From contig CAXXXF010000014.1 in the NCBI GenBank assembly GCA_963667175.2, positions 320,001 through 384,000 on the forward strand: a stretch of 64,000 nt of DNA, given 5' to 3'. This DNA comes from Candidatus Latescibacterota bacterium. Its GTDB lineage: Bacteria; Latescibacterota; UBA2968; GCA-2709665. The translations under genes and the position numbers were made by a program. Position 1 is the first letter of the stretch. Every line of letters begins with the position of its first letter. Under the pieces are notes generated by a model. That model saw nothing but the letters and a program-made list of their open reading frames with translations. It had not been told where the DNA came from and ran no database searches. Shown here piece by piece: positions 21,742 to 32,370 of this stretch.

Positions 21742-23040
21742 TCAATTCCGCGTGTCTTCCGCAATACAATAGAGGTGGCTGCGCCCCCGCAAATAGAGGT
21801 CGTCCCCCACAACAACCGGCGACGCCCCGCTCCCTTCGTCCAGGGTGTTCTTCGCCAGAACCTCGAATTCAGGGCCGTTCCTGACAACGAGCGTGGTACC
21901 CTCGAGGTCGGAAATGTACACGCGGCCGCCGGCGCCTACCAGCGACGCGTAGACGAAGCCCATCCCGTCAATGCGTTCCGGCCCGAAGAGTGGCTTCCCG
22001 GTGCCCGCGTCATAGCAGGACAGGATCGCTCCCCGGCCCTTCATGAGAAACAGCCGGCCGCCGTAGAGCAGGGGTGACGACACATAGGGTGTGTTCCGCG
22101 CGATCGACCATACAACCGAGTTCGAACCCGAGACGTCGCCCTTCGCCCTGGCCAGATCAATTGCCTGCATGGCGGGGTCCCTGTGGCCGCTGGCCACGTA
22201 CACCACCCCGTTTTCGTACAACGGCGTCGGAATCACGTTCGTCCCCAATCCGCCGCATTCCCAGATCAACGCACCGGTCTTCAGGTCGTAGCCACGGGTG
22301 CGGCGCGACGCGCTGACGATCACCTGGATCCGGCCGCCGTGGTCAATAGGCAGCGGCGTGGACCAGGAGGTCACCTCATCCCGCGCCTTGCGCCAGAGTT
22401 CCCTGCCCGACGATTTGTCCAGCGCGACAATGAATGAGTCCCCTTCGTGGTCCCAGTTGATCACCAGCGTGCTGCCGTGGATCATTGGCGAAGCCCCCTC
22501 GCCGAAAGCGGCCCTGCTCCAGTATTTGCCCAGATCTTTCTCCCACTTCAGATTGCCGTCCATGTCGAGGCAATAGAGCCCCTGCGACCCGAAATACGCA
22601 AAGAGGTGTTCCCCGTCCGTAATGCCCGAGGGTGACGCAAACGACGCCGTCCGGTGCATTCCCTCGTGCGGCCGGGCCTCCCGGACCGTCTTTTCCCAGA
22701 TGGTTTCTCCGGTCCCGCGATCCAGGGCCAGGACCCTGTATTGAAACAGATTGGGCGGGGGTTGGCGCCTTCCCCCTCCGGTGTTCTCCACAACCTTGTC
22801 AGTCATGACGGCTGTCTGCACGAAAATCCGCTCGCCCCAGACAACCGGCGTTGCGTGGCCCAGACCGGGAATGGGCGCCTTCCATCTGATATTCTTCCCT
22901 TCGCTCCACTCAACGGGCGGATTCGCCCCGTCGACCAGCCCGTTGCGGTTCGGTCCGCGCCAATGCGGCCAGTCTGACGCGGCCGGTCCGGTTGAAACCA
23001 GCAGACAGAAAACAGAAAAGGCCAGCGTCATCCGATTCAT
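21742..23040 (-). CDS. Secreted PQQ-binding-like (BamB-like) beta-propeller protein
   Basis: Signal peptide, DWPHWRGP, repeated LD..G...W blades, ASPVVVG. Confidence 0.9.
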   Translation of the reverse strand: MNRMTLAFSVFCLLVSTGPAASDWPHWRGPNRNGLVDGANPPVEWSEGKNIRWKAPIPGLGHATPVVWGERIFVQTAVMTDKVVENTGGGRRQPPPNLFQYRVLALDRGTGETIWEKTVREARPHEGMHRTASFASPSGITDGEHLFAYFGSQGLYCLDMDGNLKWEKDLGKYWSRAAFGEGASPMIHGSTLVINWDHEGDSFIVALDKSSGRELWRKARDEVTSWSTPLPIDHGGRIQVIVSASRRTRGYDLKTGALIWECGGLGTNVIPTPLYENGVVYVASGHRDPAMQAIDLARAKGDVSGSNSVVWSIARNTPYVSSPLLYGGRLFLMKGRGAILSCYDAGTGKPLFGPERIDGMGFVYASLVGAGGRVYISDLEGTTLVVRNGPEFEVLAKNTLDEGSGASPVVVGDDLYLRGRSHLYCIAEDTRN

Positions 23041-23185
23041 AACGCGCTCCTTTCACGACATAAGACCCCAGAAGCCCGACTTCGCGCCTTCAACTGAAGA
23101 TACGCTCTGCGACTCCGGAATTGAACTCTTATTTTGGTTGCCAAGCCCCAGCCAAAAATACCTCACCATTCTTCCGCCGATTCAT

Positions 23186-23257
23186 CCCGTCTCGCCGCGT
23201 TGCCATCGCTCGCCGACCTGGCCAGGTCGCCTGCGCTCTGGCGCCTTGCGAGACGGG
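23186..23257. repeat. Long GC-rich intergenic hairpin (MITE/REP-like)
   Basis: Arms cccgtctcgc (23186-23195) and gcgagacggg (23248-23257) around a perfect inner palindrome cgacctggccaggtcg (23214-23229). Confidence 0.6.
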
Positions 23258-23316
23258 CGACTCGACGGCCGAATTCAGGCAACTTATTTCCGGGACAGAA
23301 CACTAGCGTGCAGGCC

Positions 23317-26300
23317 TCAGGCGCCTTCCCGTTTCAACGCCGGCAACAGCGGCGTCCTCAGCGCAACCAGAACCCCCGCGGTACCGGCAGCCAGGCCCGC
23401 GCTGAAGATAAGGCAAAGCGTGGTCAGCAACGACGCCCACGGCAGGCCGCCGGAGGCATGGGGCACGGTTGTCACGATCGCCGCCGCAACGCCGATTGCC
23501 ATGCCCCGCCACCATCAGGAATCCGTTCTCCACGCAAAGGAGTCCGCTCAGCAGCGCCCGGCGAAACCCGAGCGCCCTCAGCGCCGCCAGCTCGGCACGC
23601 CGTTCAACGACGTTACGCACCATCACGATCCCAAGTCCGATCGTCCCCAGGAGCACGCCCAGCCCGCCCAGCGTCTGAAACGTGGACAGGTACGTATTCT
23701 CCACCGTCCGGAAATGCGCGAGCCTGGCAGACGTCGGCGTCGCATCGAGACCGGCGTCCTGCAACCGCCGTTCCAGGAGGGCGCCAGTTTCTCCGGGCCG
23801 GTCGGTCTCCACAAGGAAATACCCGTACCCGCTCCGATCGGGGAAATGCGCGGTGAAATTCGCCTCCGATACGAGCAGTTCACTCTGGAAGATGCTGTGC
23901 TTCAGCAGTCCGACGAGCCGCAGCCTGACGGTCTCGCCCGTTTCCGTCTGCATCGGGATCTCGTCGCCCCAGCTTCTTGTGGAGAATCCAGGTGACCGAG
24001 TTCGCGTCGCCAAATGCGGGAATCACGCCGGGCTCCGCCTGCCGCGTCAACAACGTCCACGGCGCCTCCGCCTCGTACAGCAACCGATCGAACGCGAAAC
24101 CGCCCCGTCGAATCAACGTCTCGGGCACGCCCAGAACCCGGGGATGACGCGGTCTGTAGAGATTCAGGCAACTCACGTCTTCACCGGGCAATACGCGAAA
24201 CGGCATAATTCGCGCCCCGTCCAGAATCCGGGCATCCTCCGCGGAAAACCCCAGCTCGAAACGCCCGTCCGTCGAACCGGGATCGTGGTAGAGCGGCGCA
24301 TCCGTTTCGGCGATGAGCTGAAATCCGCCCCCCGCCCGACGTCCGGCTGTTCAGCGCATCGCGGCCGGCATCGGTGCGTCGATGGGCGCCAACGGCCACA
24401 ACCACGAAACATGCGCAGGCGATCAGCGATGCGCACAGCAGACTCCGGCCCGGATTTCGCGCGCTGTTCCGCACACCCATCCTCCAGATTCCGGTCACCG
24501 CCGTGCGCCGTTTCCGCTGAAACCAGACGGAGAGCGCGCACAGGCCCGAAATCAGAAGAAATGTCCCGCATCCGAAAAACAGCGCGATCGCGGCTTCGCG
24601 CCCTGCGCGCGGCACACCGGCAAGGCAGGCCGAGGCCAGTCCCAGGCTCGCGATCGCAACCACCTTCAAACGGCGCCCGCTGCCGGCGGCCGCGTGGTGA
24701 ACGGCGCCGGAGAGTAGCGCCCGAACGGGCATCCGGCCCAAACGCCGGACCGTCGTCAGAATCGTGAACAGAACCACAACCTGTGAAATCAGGTACCCGG
24801 CCGCCAGACCGGACCCGTGCACGTGCAGCGCGAGTTCACCGGTCCCGACGGCCGGAGCCCACCAGGTGCGCAGACCCGCGATCATGATCCATCCGTACGC
24901 CAGTCCTCCCGCGAGTCCGAGAAGGCCCCCCAACCCGGTCAGCCAGACCGCCTCGCCCATGAACCGGCGTCTGATCGCGCCCGCGGTAAAACCCGACGCC
25001 ATCAGCACGCCCACCTCATCGGCGCGCTGCTCCACGCCAAGCCGGAAGAGGAGACCCACGAGCAGCGCCGCCGAGACAATCAGAAACAGACTGAAACCCA
25101 CGAACAGCCCGCCGAAGTCGGTGGACCCCGACGAAGCCGCCAGCCCCTGTTTTCTCACGGGCTGAAAGGCCATGCCCGCGGATTCGGGCGGGAGCGCCTC
25201 CCTGAGTCCGGAACGAAACCGATCGGCGGATTGCCCGGCGTCCAGTCCGGGCGCGGGACCCATCCTGACGGACGTCAGGCTGCCGAATCGGCTTCGCCAG
25301 AGTCGTTGCCCCGTGGCGGACGACACGATGGCTTTGGGCGCGGCGCGATAGGCGTCCCAATAGGCTTCGTCCGCTGGTCGTATGCGCGTCAGGTCCACGG
25401 GGAAGGGCGGATCCCAGGCGTGCATGTCTTCCGCGTCGTGAAGACCCGGAAATGCCGGCGTCAACAGGGAATCTGCGCCCAACCCTTCCATGGCGACGAC
25501 GCCCGCCAGGCGTAACGTGACGTGACGCGTGCTCAGTGCTGGTCCGGCTTCGAAATAAGCCAGCTCGACGGCGTCGCCGGTCCCGGCGTGCAGGTCCTTC
25601 GCCGCCCAGGCATTCAGCAGCACTTCCCCCTCGCCGGGGACCGGCCCGGGGCGCCCGTCAGCCAGTCGCAGCTTGCCCACGCTCCCGACGTCCAACGCGG
25701 CAACCGTTGAATAGGGCAGAACGCGATCCCCGACCCGGATCGTATTGGCCAGGTACGTGAGGATCGCCATTCGCGGCATCCCCAGTTCATCCGCGAGCCC
25801 CAGAACCGTGTTCGCCACGTGGGGCTTCAGGAGAAACCCCGTGCTTTCCACCGCGAGGTAATCCGCATCCACCCGCATCGCAAGCCCGAGATCATCCAGC
25901 GTTGCGGCGCGTGTGAGCGCGAGCCCCGGATCGCCGGCGGCCTGCGTGTCCTGCGAAACCAGGAGCATATTCACCCGGCCCGGCAGTCCAAGCGTTTCCT
26001 GCAACAGGGGAAGGGACACGAACGCATTGAGCGGCGTCCGCTGACGCGGGCGCAGACCGAAACGACCCATTCCCCGGTCGTGCACGACACCCGTGAGTCT
26101 GACGCGGACGGTCTGTATCGACTCCGAGATCCCGTCCCGCCCGAACAGAGACTCCCTGTGGACGTCGCCCGGCAGCTCGAACGAAAGCAGGACCGCATCG
26201 CCCACGCGGGCGTTCAGTTCGCTCCGCAGAGACTCGTTGGCGACAAACGGCGTCGCGGCCCCGCGTCGGGCGAGGTCGGGCGCGTTGGCATCGAACAGGC

Positions 26301-26631
26301 CGGCGAACCGGGAATCCACACCCAGAATGGCGACGCGGGAAGCGCGGGTCCCCGCGGTGGCGTGCACCGCCGATCCAGCGAGGGTCACCGCCGGCACAAC
26401 GGTCAGTCCGCCATCCGCCGCCTCGACGTCCCGCGCGAGGTCCGTGCGAAAGAAGCGATCCGAAACGAGGGCGTGATCGATATCTCCCAGGCGGTCGAGG
26501 GTCAGGTCTCTCAGGCTTTCGCGTACCGAGTCGCCCACCAGCAGGGCCCCGGTGAGCACGGCGGTGGCCACGGCCACGCCCAGCAGCACGGACAGATGAA
26601 TTCGCCAGAAGAAGGTCAGGCTTCGACGCAA
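23317..26631 (-). pseudogene. Large FtsX/MacB/LolCE-type ABC permease, broken by three frameshifts (possibly sequencing errors)
   Basis: Continuous homology across ORFs 24181-26631, 23880-24206, 23303-24013 and 23317-23502 (LTGALLVGDSVR, EQR..EVG.L...GF, SCLNLY, VENTYLSTFQ.LGGLG, ERRAELA.LRALGF); shifts near 24330, 23970 and 23505 lie in G/C runs. Confidence 0.85.
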
Positions 26632-27275
26632 GTCCCCTCCCGCAACTCAAGGGTGCGTTCGAACCGTGCTGCCATTTCCGGACTGTGCGTGACCCCGATC
26701 AGGATCGTGTCCTCCCGGGCATGCAGTTCGAATATCAGGTCGCCGATTTCATCGGCCCGCGCCCGATCCAGGCTGCCCGTCGGCTCATCGCACAGGAGAA
26801 GCGCCGGCCTGTTGACCAGCGCTCGAGCCACGGCCGCCCGCTGGCGTTCGCCGCCGGACAGAGCGGCCGGGCGGTGGTCGGCCCGATGCGCGAGTCCGAC
26901 CCGTTCGATCAGGTCCCTCGCCCGGTCCCCGTCGCCGGATCCGGCGTCTCCGGACGCGAGCGTGGGAATCAGCACGTTCTCCAGTACCGAATACTGCGGC
27001 AGCAGATGGTGGTCCTGGAACACGAACCCGATCCCGCGATTCCGAAAGCGAGCCAGCTCCTTGTCGGAAAGGGCGTAGGCATCCCGGCCGTCAATCACCA
27101 CGCGGCCCGACGACGGCCTGTCCAGCGTGCCCAGAACGTGGAGGAGCGTGCTCTTTCCCGATCCCGACGGCCCGACGACCGCCACGGACTGCCCACGTCC
27201 CGTCTCGAACGAAACCTCCCTCAGAACGGACACGTCGCCATACTGTTTCGATACCCGCTCAGCCCGCAGCGTCAT
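26616..27275 (-). CDS. ABC transporter ATP-binding protein (LolD/MacB-like)
   Basis: GPSGSGKST, GFVFQDHHLL, LSGGERQR, DEPTGSLD, VTH. Confidence 0.95.
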   Translation of the reverse strand: MTLRAERVSKQYGDVSVLREVSFETGRGQSVAVVGPSGSGKSTLLHVLGTLDRPSSGRVVIDGRDAYALSDKELARFRNRGIGFVFQDHHLLPQYSVLENVLIPTLASGDAGSGDGDRARDLIERVGLAHRADHRPAALSGGERQRAAVARALVNRPALLLCDEPTGSLDRARADEIGDLIFELHAREDTILIGVTHSPEMAARFERTLELREGTCVEA

Positions 27276-27699
27276 CCTCCCCCTCCTCCGCTTCCTGGAT
27301 CCGGTCCGCGATGGCGCCCGGTATGGGGACGGCGCGGAACGGCTCGCCCGGGGCGCACTCGCAGAACACCGTACTCAACCGGCCCCGGGCAATCCGGACG
27401 TCGCCGCGGCGGAATTCGAACCCGTACGTGATCGAGCTCGTCCCCTTTCTGACGACCTTCAAATGGACGTCCAGCACGTCTTCGAACCGTGCCGGTTCCA
27501 GATAGTCGCACGACGCGCCAACGCGGGGCCACCCCACCCTGCGCCCTTCCCATCGGGTATGCACGCTGGCGCCGAGCGAGCGCAGGAACGCGTGCTCGGC
27601 CGCCTCCATGAAAACGAAAAACCGGGAAAAGTGCACAATCCCGGCCATGTCCGTATCCGAAAACTCGACGCGTCGCGTGGTGCGGAATTCACATGGCAT
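27259..27699 (-). CDS. Hot-dog fold acyl-CoA thioesterase (4HBT/YbgC family)
   Basis: VEFSDTDMAGIVHF. Confidence 0.9.
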   Translation of the reverse strand: MPCEFRTTRRVEFSDTDMAGIVHFSRFFVFMEAAEHAFLRSLGASVHTRWEGRRVGWPRVGASCDYLEPARFEDVLDVHLKVVRKGTSSITYGFEFRRGDVRIARGRLSTVFCECAPGEPFRAVPIPGAIADRIQEAEEGEDDAAG

Positions 27700-27741
27700 A
27701 GGGTTTCCTCTCGAGGATGCACCGGTCCCGGCGTCATCCGG

Positions 27742-28242
27742 TCAGGACGCGGGCTTGTAGAGCGTCACCAGGCATCCGCCCAGCGCCGCCAGCACGATCC
27801 CCAACACAAACTGCCAGTTCAGACCGCCCCATCCGCCGGCAGGCGGGTGCATGGCCATCGACACCACCGCGTTTACGACGGGCGCGCCGGCGAATACGAT
27901 CGACATCACCACGGCAGGGGTGCCCCGGGCGCCAAACGCGAGAAGGACCCCGAATGCGCCGATCGCGCCCACGGCGCCGGCCAGCAGAGACCATGTGAAG
28001 CCGCGCGCGGGGAACGACCAGTCCGCGCCGTTCATCCAGAGGACAACCATCGATCCGATGACGGCGGTCAGCAGATAGGCCACGCCCACGAGCAGGAACG
28101 CCTTGTACCGTCCGTTCACCGGATCGGCCATTGCGATCTGCCCGGTATGCAGAAAAATCCCGTACAATCCCCACGACCCCACGGTCATGGCCGCAAAAAT
28201 CAACCACGTGAACCCAGGCGTCGTTGCCTGCTCGGCCGGCAT
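27742..28242 (-). CDS. Small integral membrane protein (EamA/DMT-like half)
   Basis: Five hydrophobic segments; WGLYG, VMSIVFAGAPVVN; AGGAGG RBS. Confidence 0.75.
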   Translation of the reverse strand: MPAEQATTPGFTWLIFAAMTVGSWGLYGIFLHTGQIAMADPVNGRYKAFLLVGVAYLLTAVIGSMVVLWMNGADWSFPARGFTWSLLAGAVGAIGAFGVLLAFGARGTPAVVMSIVFAGAPVVNAVVSMAMHPPAGGWGGLNWQFVLGIVLAALGGCLVTLYKPAS

Positions 28243-28302
28243 AGAATCTCCTCCTTCGTTCTCCGGTCCAAATCGTCGGCGTGACCTCCGTAAACGGACC
28301 GA

Positions 28303-29595
28303 TCATTCCGCGACGAATTCTCGATAGACGTCCAGCATGGCGCCTGCCATGCGCCCGTCGCTGTACGTCCGGTGGACGGTCGCACGGCCCTTTCTGCCCA
28401 TACCTTCCCGGGCCTCCCTGTCCCTCATCATACGAGAAAGGCCTTCCGCAAGCGCCGCCGGTGAGCCGGGATCGACGAGGATCCCTCCTCCGGTCGACTC
28501 GACAAGCTCCGGAAACGCGCCGTGGCGCGGCTGGACCACGGGCGTGCCATTGGCCAGCGCCTCCAGCACGAACAACCCCTTCGGCTCCCGGTACGGCGTC
28601 GGCACGGACAGGACGTGGACGCTGTTCAGGAATTCGATCTTCTGTTCCCGGTCCACCTCGCCCCGGTACTCGAACGCATCGGTTAACCCGAGGGAATCGA
28701 TCCGCGAGACGACCTCCCGGAAATAGGACTTTTCGCGTCCGCCCAGATAACCCGCCGCCAGCAGCCTGACATTCTCCGATCCGACCTGTTCCGCCAGACG
28801 CCCCACGGCATCGGCCAGAAGATGCAATCCCTTCTCGGGCGCGATGCGGGCCATGTACCCGACCGTAAACGGGGTCTCGGGAAGCGCCCGGTCGCCCTGC
28901 CCGTGGCCTTCCAGGCCGATGCCCAGGCGGACCACGCGGAAGCGTTCCCGGGGCGCAACCAGAACCGCTGCCATGGCATCCGCGTACCAGTCGCACGTCG
29001 CCACAAACGCGTCGACGTCGCGCGACCGGTCCCGAATCAGGTCTAACGCCTCGCTTCGATACGGTTCGATCAACCCCTCGAGGAAGACGTCCTCCCCCTG
29101 TACGGAACACAGAACGGGAACGCCCGTTTCCCGCTTCAACTCACGCGCCATGCCCAGAAACATGGAATTCGTCAGATGCACGAGGTCCGGCCGGAGGTCG
29201 TCTTTCAGCCATCGAACCAGCTTTTTCAGTTCCTTCCGCTGGGCGCCATGTTCTCCCTTCAGCATCGAGACCGTAAGCGCGCCCAGCTCGCCGGCCCGGG
29301 TCGAACCGCTGAACCAGGAAAGCGATTTCAGCAGCGTGCGCCCGTTCATCATCCGGTCCACGAATTCCGGCGTGCTGCGAAAAAACGCCAGCTTCTGCTG
29401 CAGATAGACGTTGATTCCACCGTAGAACACCCGGTTGATGCTCGCGTCGGGTCCATCGGTCCGCAACGGCGTGTACGTCGGAATCAGCGTCAGGTCCACG
29501 CCCCTGAGCCTGAGCGCCAGGGCCAGCGTATTGTCGCTGATGCAACTCCCGCAAACCATCCCCGCGGCGCCCGCGGCGATATAGGCAATTCGCAT
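28303..29595 (-). CDS. Glycosyltransferase family 4 with N-terminal CxxC
   Basis: ARIAPEKG, EPKGLFVLEALANGTPVV; N-terminal GMVCGSC. Confidence 0.9.
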   Translation of the reverse strand: MRIAYIAAGAAGMVCGSCISDNTLALALRLRGVDLTLIPTYTPLRTDGPDASINRVFYGGINVYLQQKLAFFRSTPEFVDRMMNGRTLLKSLSWFSGSTRAGELGALTVSMLKGEHGAQRKELKKLVRWLKDDLRPDLVHLTNSMFLGMARELKRETGVPVLCSVQGEDVFLEGLIEPYRSEALDLIRDRSRDVDAFVATCDWYADAMAAVLVAPRERFRVVRLGIGLEGHGQGDRALPETPFTVGYMARIAPEKGLHLLADAVGRLAEQVGSENVRLLAAGYLGGREKSYFREVVSRIDSLGLTDAFEYRGEVDREQKIEFLNSVHVLSVPTPYREPKGLFVLEALANGTPVVQPRHGAFPELVESTGGGILVDPGSPAALAEGLSRMMRDREAREGMGRKGRATVHRTYSDGRMAGAMLDVYREFVAE

Positions 29596-29829
29596 GGGAA
29601 TTAACAATTGAGAATTAGGAATTAAGAGTTGCGAATTGAGAATCAGGATTTGGCGCTACGTCTGTCCTTCGCGGTCTTCTGAATCGCTGCGAGAAGCCGA
29701 CAAAAGTTTCTTCAGCATCGGAGTGGATGCCAACGAACTCATCTTCGGACAAATAGCCGGTATCTTTCAGTAAACGCAACCAATAGCTGCTTTACAATTC
29801 TAAATTCTCAATTCTTAATTCTTAATTTC
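29596..29829 (-). mobile_element. Remnant four-helix-bundle (IVS/Avd-like) gene flanked by inverted AATTCnn heptamer arrays
   Basis: Minus strand reads SYWLRLLKDTGYLSEDEFVGIHSDAEE, then after a frameshift LCRLLAAIQKTAK; arrays at about 29596-29650 and 29795-29829 are in opposite orientation. Confidence 0.7.
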
Positions 29830-31083
29830 ATTTGCTTTTTCAAAGTGCGCAACGTCCTCGGGCAGATCGCACATCTTCCCCATCGGTCCGAAGATCGGGG
29901 TGACGTCGTTCATGTAGATCTTCCCGCTCAGGATGTCCACGATGCCGTCCAGACACTCCGGATGGGCGTCGAGGAATCGGCTGAAGCTGAATTCCTTCGC
30001 GTAGAATGCGTACACCAGCTTTCGTATGGCTTCCATACCGGGAATGAACGCGTCGCCCCAGCTGCCCAGCCGTTCGGCTGAGAAATCGTCGTTCACAATG
30101 GCCTCGTGAATCGCGTCGGCAGCCATCTCGCCCGATTTGAGCGCCAGGAACACGCCGGACGAATACACGGGATCCAGGAACCCGTAGGCGTCTCCAACCA
30201 GCACCCAGCCGTCTCCCGAGACCGAACGGGCCCGATAGGAGAAATCGCTGGTCACCTTCATGGGAAACAACTGCCGGGCGCCTTTCAGCCGCTCCAGCAT
30301 CGGCATGCATCTCTCCAGTTCCTCCTGGAAAATCTCCTGGCGCGTCCCCGCCCGCTGCCGCAGGAGATAGTCCAGGTCTCCAACCACCCCGACGCTGACA
30401 ACGTCCCCGGCCAGCGGGATGTACCAGAACCACGCGTCCTTCGTGGTGGTGTGGAGAATCAGGGTCGCCCCCTCGTCGATCCCCGAGTCTCTGGACGCGC
30501 TCGCAAAATGCGTAAACAGAGACGCCTTCCTCAACGTGGGCTCTTCGGTCTTGATCCGGAGCTTGCGGGAAATCAGGGCGCTGCGGCCCGTCGCATCCAC
30601 CACCACGCGGGACGGGAGGTCGCGCAGGCAGCCGTCGCCGTATCTCGCCCTGACGCCGACCGCCCGATCCCCTTCGAAGAGGACCTCCTGAACGGCGGCC
30701 CCCTGCCTCACGCACGCCCCTTTCTCGCGGGCGTTTTCCAGCATCATCCGGTCGAACTCGCTCCTCAGCACCTGCCACGTGACCGAACTCTCGTGCGGAT
30801 CGTGTCGATGGAAGTAGAAAGGCGCCGACCCCCGGCCCGATGCGCCGAAAAACTGCACGCTGTACTTCCTGACGAACGCGCTCTTCTTCAGTTTTTCGAG
30901 GACGCCCAGGCGTTTGAACGACCAGTAGGTTCCCGGCATCAGCGACTCGCCGATCTGAAACCTTGGAAATCGCTCGCGTTCGAGCAGCAGGACCCGATGA
31001 CCATACCCGGCCACCAGCGCCGCGACCGTACTTCCTGCAGGGCCGCCGCCGATCACGATGACGTCGTAGGGATCTGAACGCAT
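29815..31083 (-). CDS. Flavin-dependent halogenase-like FAD oxidoreductase
   Basis: GGGPAG, FPRFQIGES, putative catalytic Lys in FVRKYS, WFWYIP (WxWxIP), GDAYGFLDPVYSSG (F..P..S.G). Confidence 0.82.
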   Translation of the reverse strand: MRSDPYDVIVIGGGPAGSTVAALVAGYGHRVLLLERERFPRFQIGESLMPGTYWSFKRLGVLEKLKKSAFVRKYSVQFFGASGRGSAPFYFHRHDPHESSVTWQVLRSEFDRMMLENAREKGACVRQGAAVQEVLFEGDRAVGVRARYGDGCLRDLPSRVVVDATGRSALISRKLRIKTEEPTLRKASLFTHFASASRDSGIDEGATLILHTTTKDAWFWYIPLAGDVVSVGVVGDLDYLLRQRAGTRQEIFQEELERCMPMLERLKGARQLFPMKVTSDFSYRARSVSGDGWVLVGDAYGFLDPVYSSGVFLALKSGEMAADAIHEAIVNDDFSAERLGSWGDAFIPGMEAIRKLVYAFYAKEFSFSRFLDAHPECLDGIVDILSGKIYMNDVTPIFGPMGKMCDLPEDVAHFEKANEIKN

Positions 31084-31092
31084 TCGATCTTC

Positions 31093-32370
31093 TCAGTTGC
31101 GATGGTCCGTAAACCGTTTCGCCTTCAGTTCGAACCTGGGCAGCGTGTTCAATTCGACCGCACGAACCCCGACGCGGAACCCCAGCGTCCGTCTTGCCTC
31201 CCGCGCCACGGCGCCGGCAACGGCGTCCGGTGAGTCTCCCTTCGCTTCCAGGCGAATCTCCATTTCGTCCAGGGCGCCGCGACGATAAATGTCGACCGCG
31301 AACTCCGTCACTTCGGGAAAGGTCCTGACGACGTTCTCAACGGCGCTCGGATAGATGACGACCCCGCGTATGATGATCCCGCCGTCGATACGGCCGACCA
31401 CGCCGTTCTCCAGCCGGAGGAACCCGGACCCGCAAGGGCATGTCCCTTTCGCGCGCGTTACGCGGTCGCCGGTGCGGTAACGGATCACCGGCATCCCTTC
31501 GCGCCCCAGGTTCGTCAGGACCAGTTCCCCTTCATCGGCCTGCTCGCCGGAATCCGGATCGATCACTTCGCAGATGAACTCGGCCTCGTTCACGTGCAGG
31601 CCGTTCCTGGCCCGGCACTCGAACCCCCAGGCCCCCACCTCGGTGGCGCCGGCGTGATCATAGCACCTGGCGCCCCAGGCTTCCTCGATCCGCCGCCGCG
31701 TCGCCGGCAGACCGGCCCCGGGCTCCCCGGCGTGGATCGTGGCGCGGATGCTGGAGGCCGCGATATCGATCCCCTCTGCTTCGGCCACCTCGGCCAGATG
31801 CAGCGCGTACGTCGGCGTGCAGATCAGCACCGTCGCCCGGTGCTCTTCGATGGTATGTAGGCGCTGGACGGAGGACATCGAGCCGCCCGTAATGGCCATC
31901 GCACCGATCATCCGCGCGGCTTCATGCGCCGTCCAGAACCCGATAAACGGGCCGAACGAAAAGGCGAAGAATACACGGTCCTCAGCCGTCACCGCGGCGC
32001 CCTCGAAAACCCGGCGCCAGCAGCCGGCGAACCAGTCCCAACTTCGCTGCGTGTCCAGCCAGCGCAGGGGTCTGCCCGTGGTGCCCGACGTCTGATGGAC
32101 CCGGACGTAATCCGCCAGCCGAAACGTCAGATTGGACCCGTACGGCGGGTGTGCGTCCTGGTCGGCCGACAGTTCAGCCTTGGTTGTAAAAGGCAGCCAC
32201 CGGTAATCTTCGAGGGTACGAATGTCATTGGGCCCGGAAATTCCGGCGCCCGCCAGCTTTTCCCTGTAAAACGCGTTGTCCCGCATGACCGGAACAAGCA
32301 GGTCACGCAGGCGTTCAAGCTGCGATTCAACCCGTTCGTGCCTTTCCGGATCCGGGTGGACGGATCTCAT
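31093..32370 (-). CDS. Phenylacetate-CoA ligase family (PaaK-like) adenylate-forming enzyme
   Basis: LPFTTKAEL, HQTSGTTG, AGEPG, DHAGATE, IRYRTGD, GRIDG; start overlaps the TonB receptor stop. Confidence 0.9.
   Translation of the reverse strand: MRSVHPDPERHERVESQLERLRDLLVPVMRDNAFYREKLAGAGISGPNDIRTLEDYRWLPFTTKAELSADQDAHPPYGSNLTFRLADYVRVHQTSGTTGRPLRWLDTQRSWDWFAGCWRRVFEGAAVTAEDRVFFAFSFGPFIGFWTAHEAARMIGAMAITGGSMSSVQRLHTIEEHRATVLICTPTYALHLAEVAEAEGIDIAASSIRATIHAGEPGAGLPATRRRIEEAWGARCYDHAGATEVGAWGFECRARNGLHVNEAEFICEVIDPDSGEQADEGELVLTNLGREGMPVIRYRTGDRVTRAKGTCPCGSGFLRLENGVVGRIDGGIIIRGVVIYPSAVENVVRTFPEVTEFAVDIYRRGALDEMEIRLEAKGDSPDAVAGAVAREARRTLGFRVGVRAVELNTLPRFELKAKRFTDHRN

Noticed and set aside
29596-29829. 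Avd-like fragment as evidence of a diversity-generating retroelement
   Set aside because: No reverse transcriptase and no TR/VR pair differing at adenines in the window
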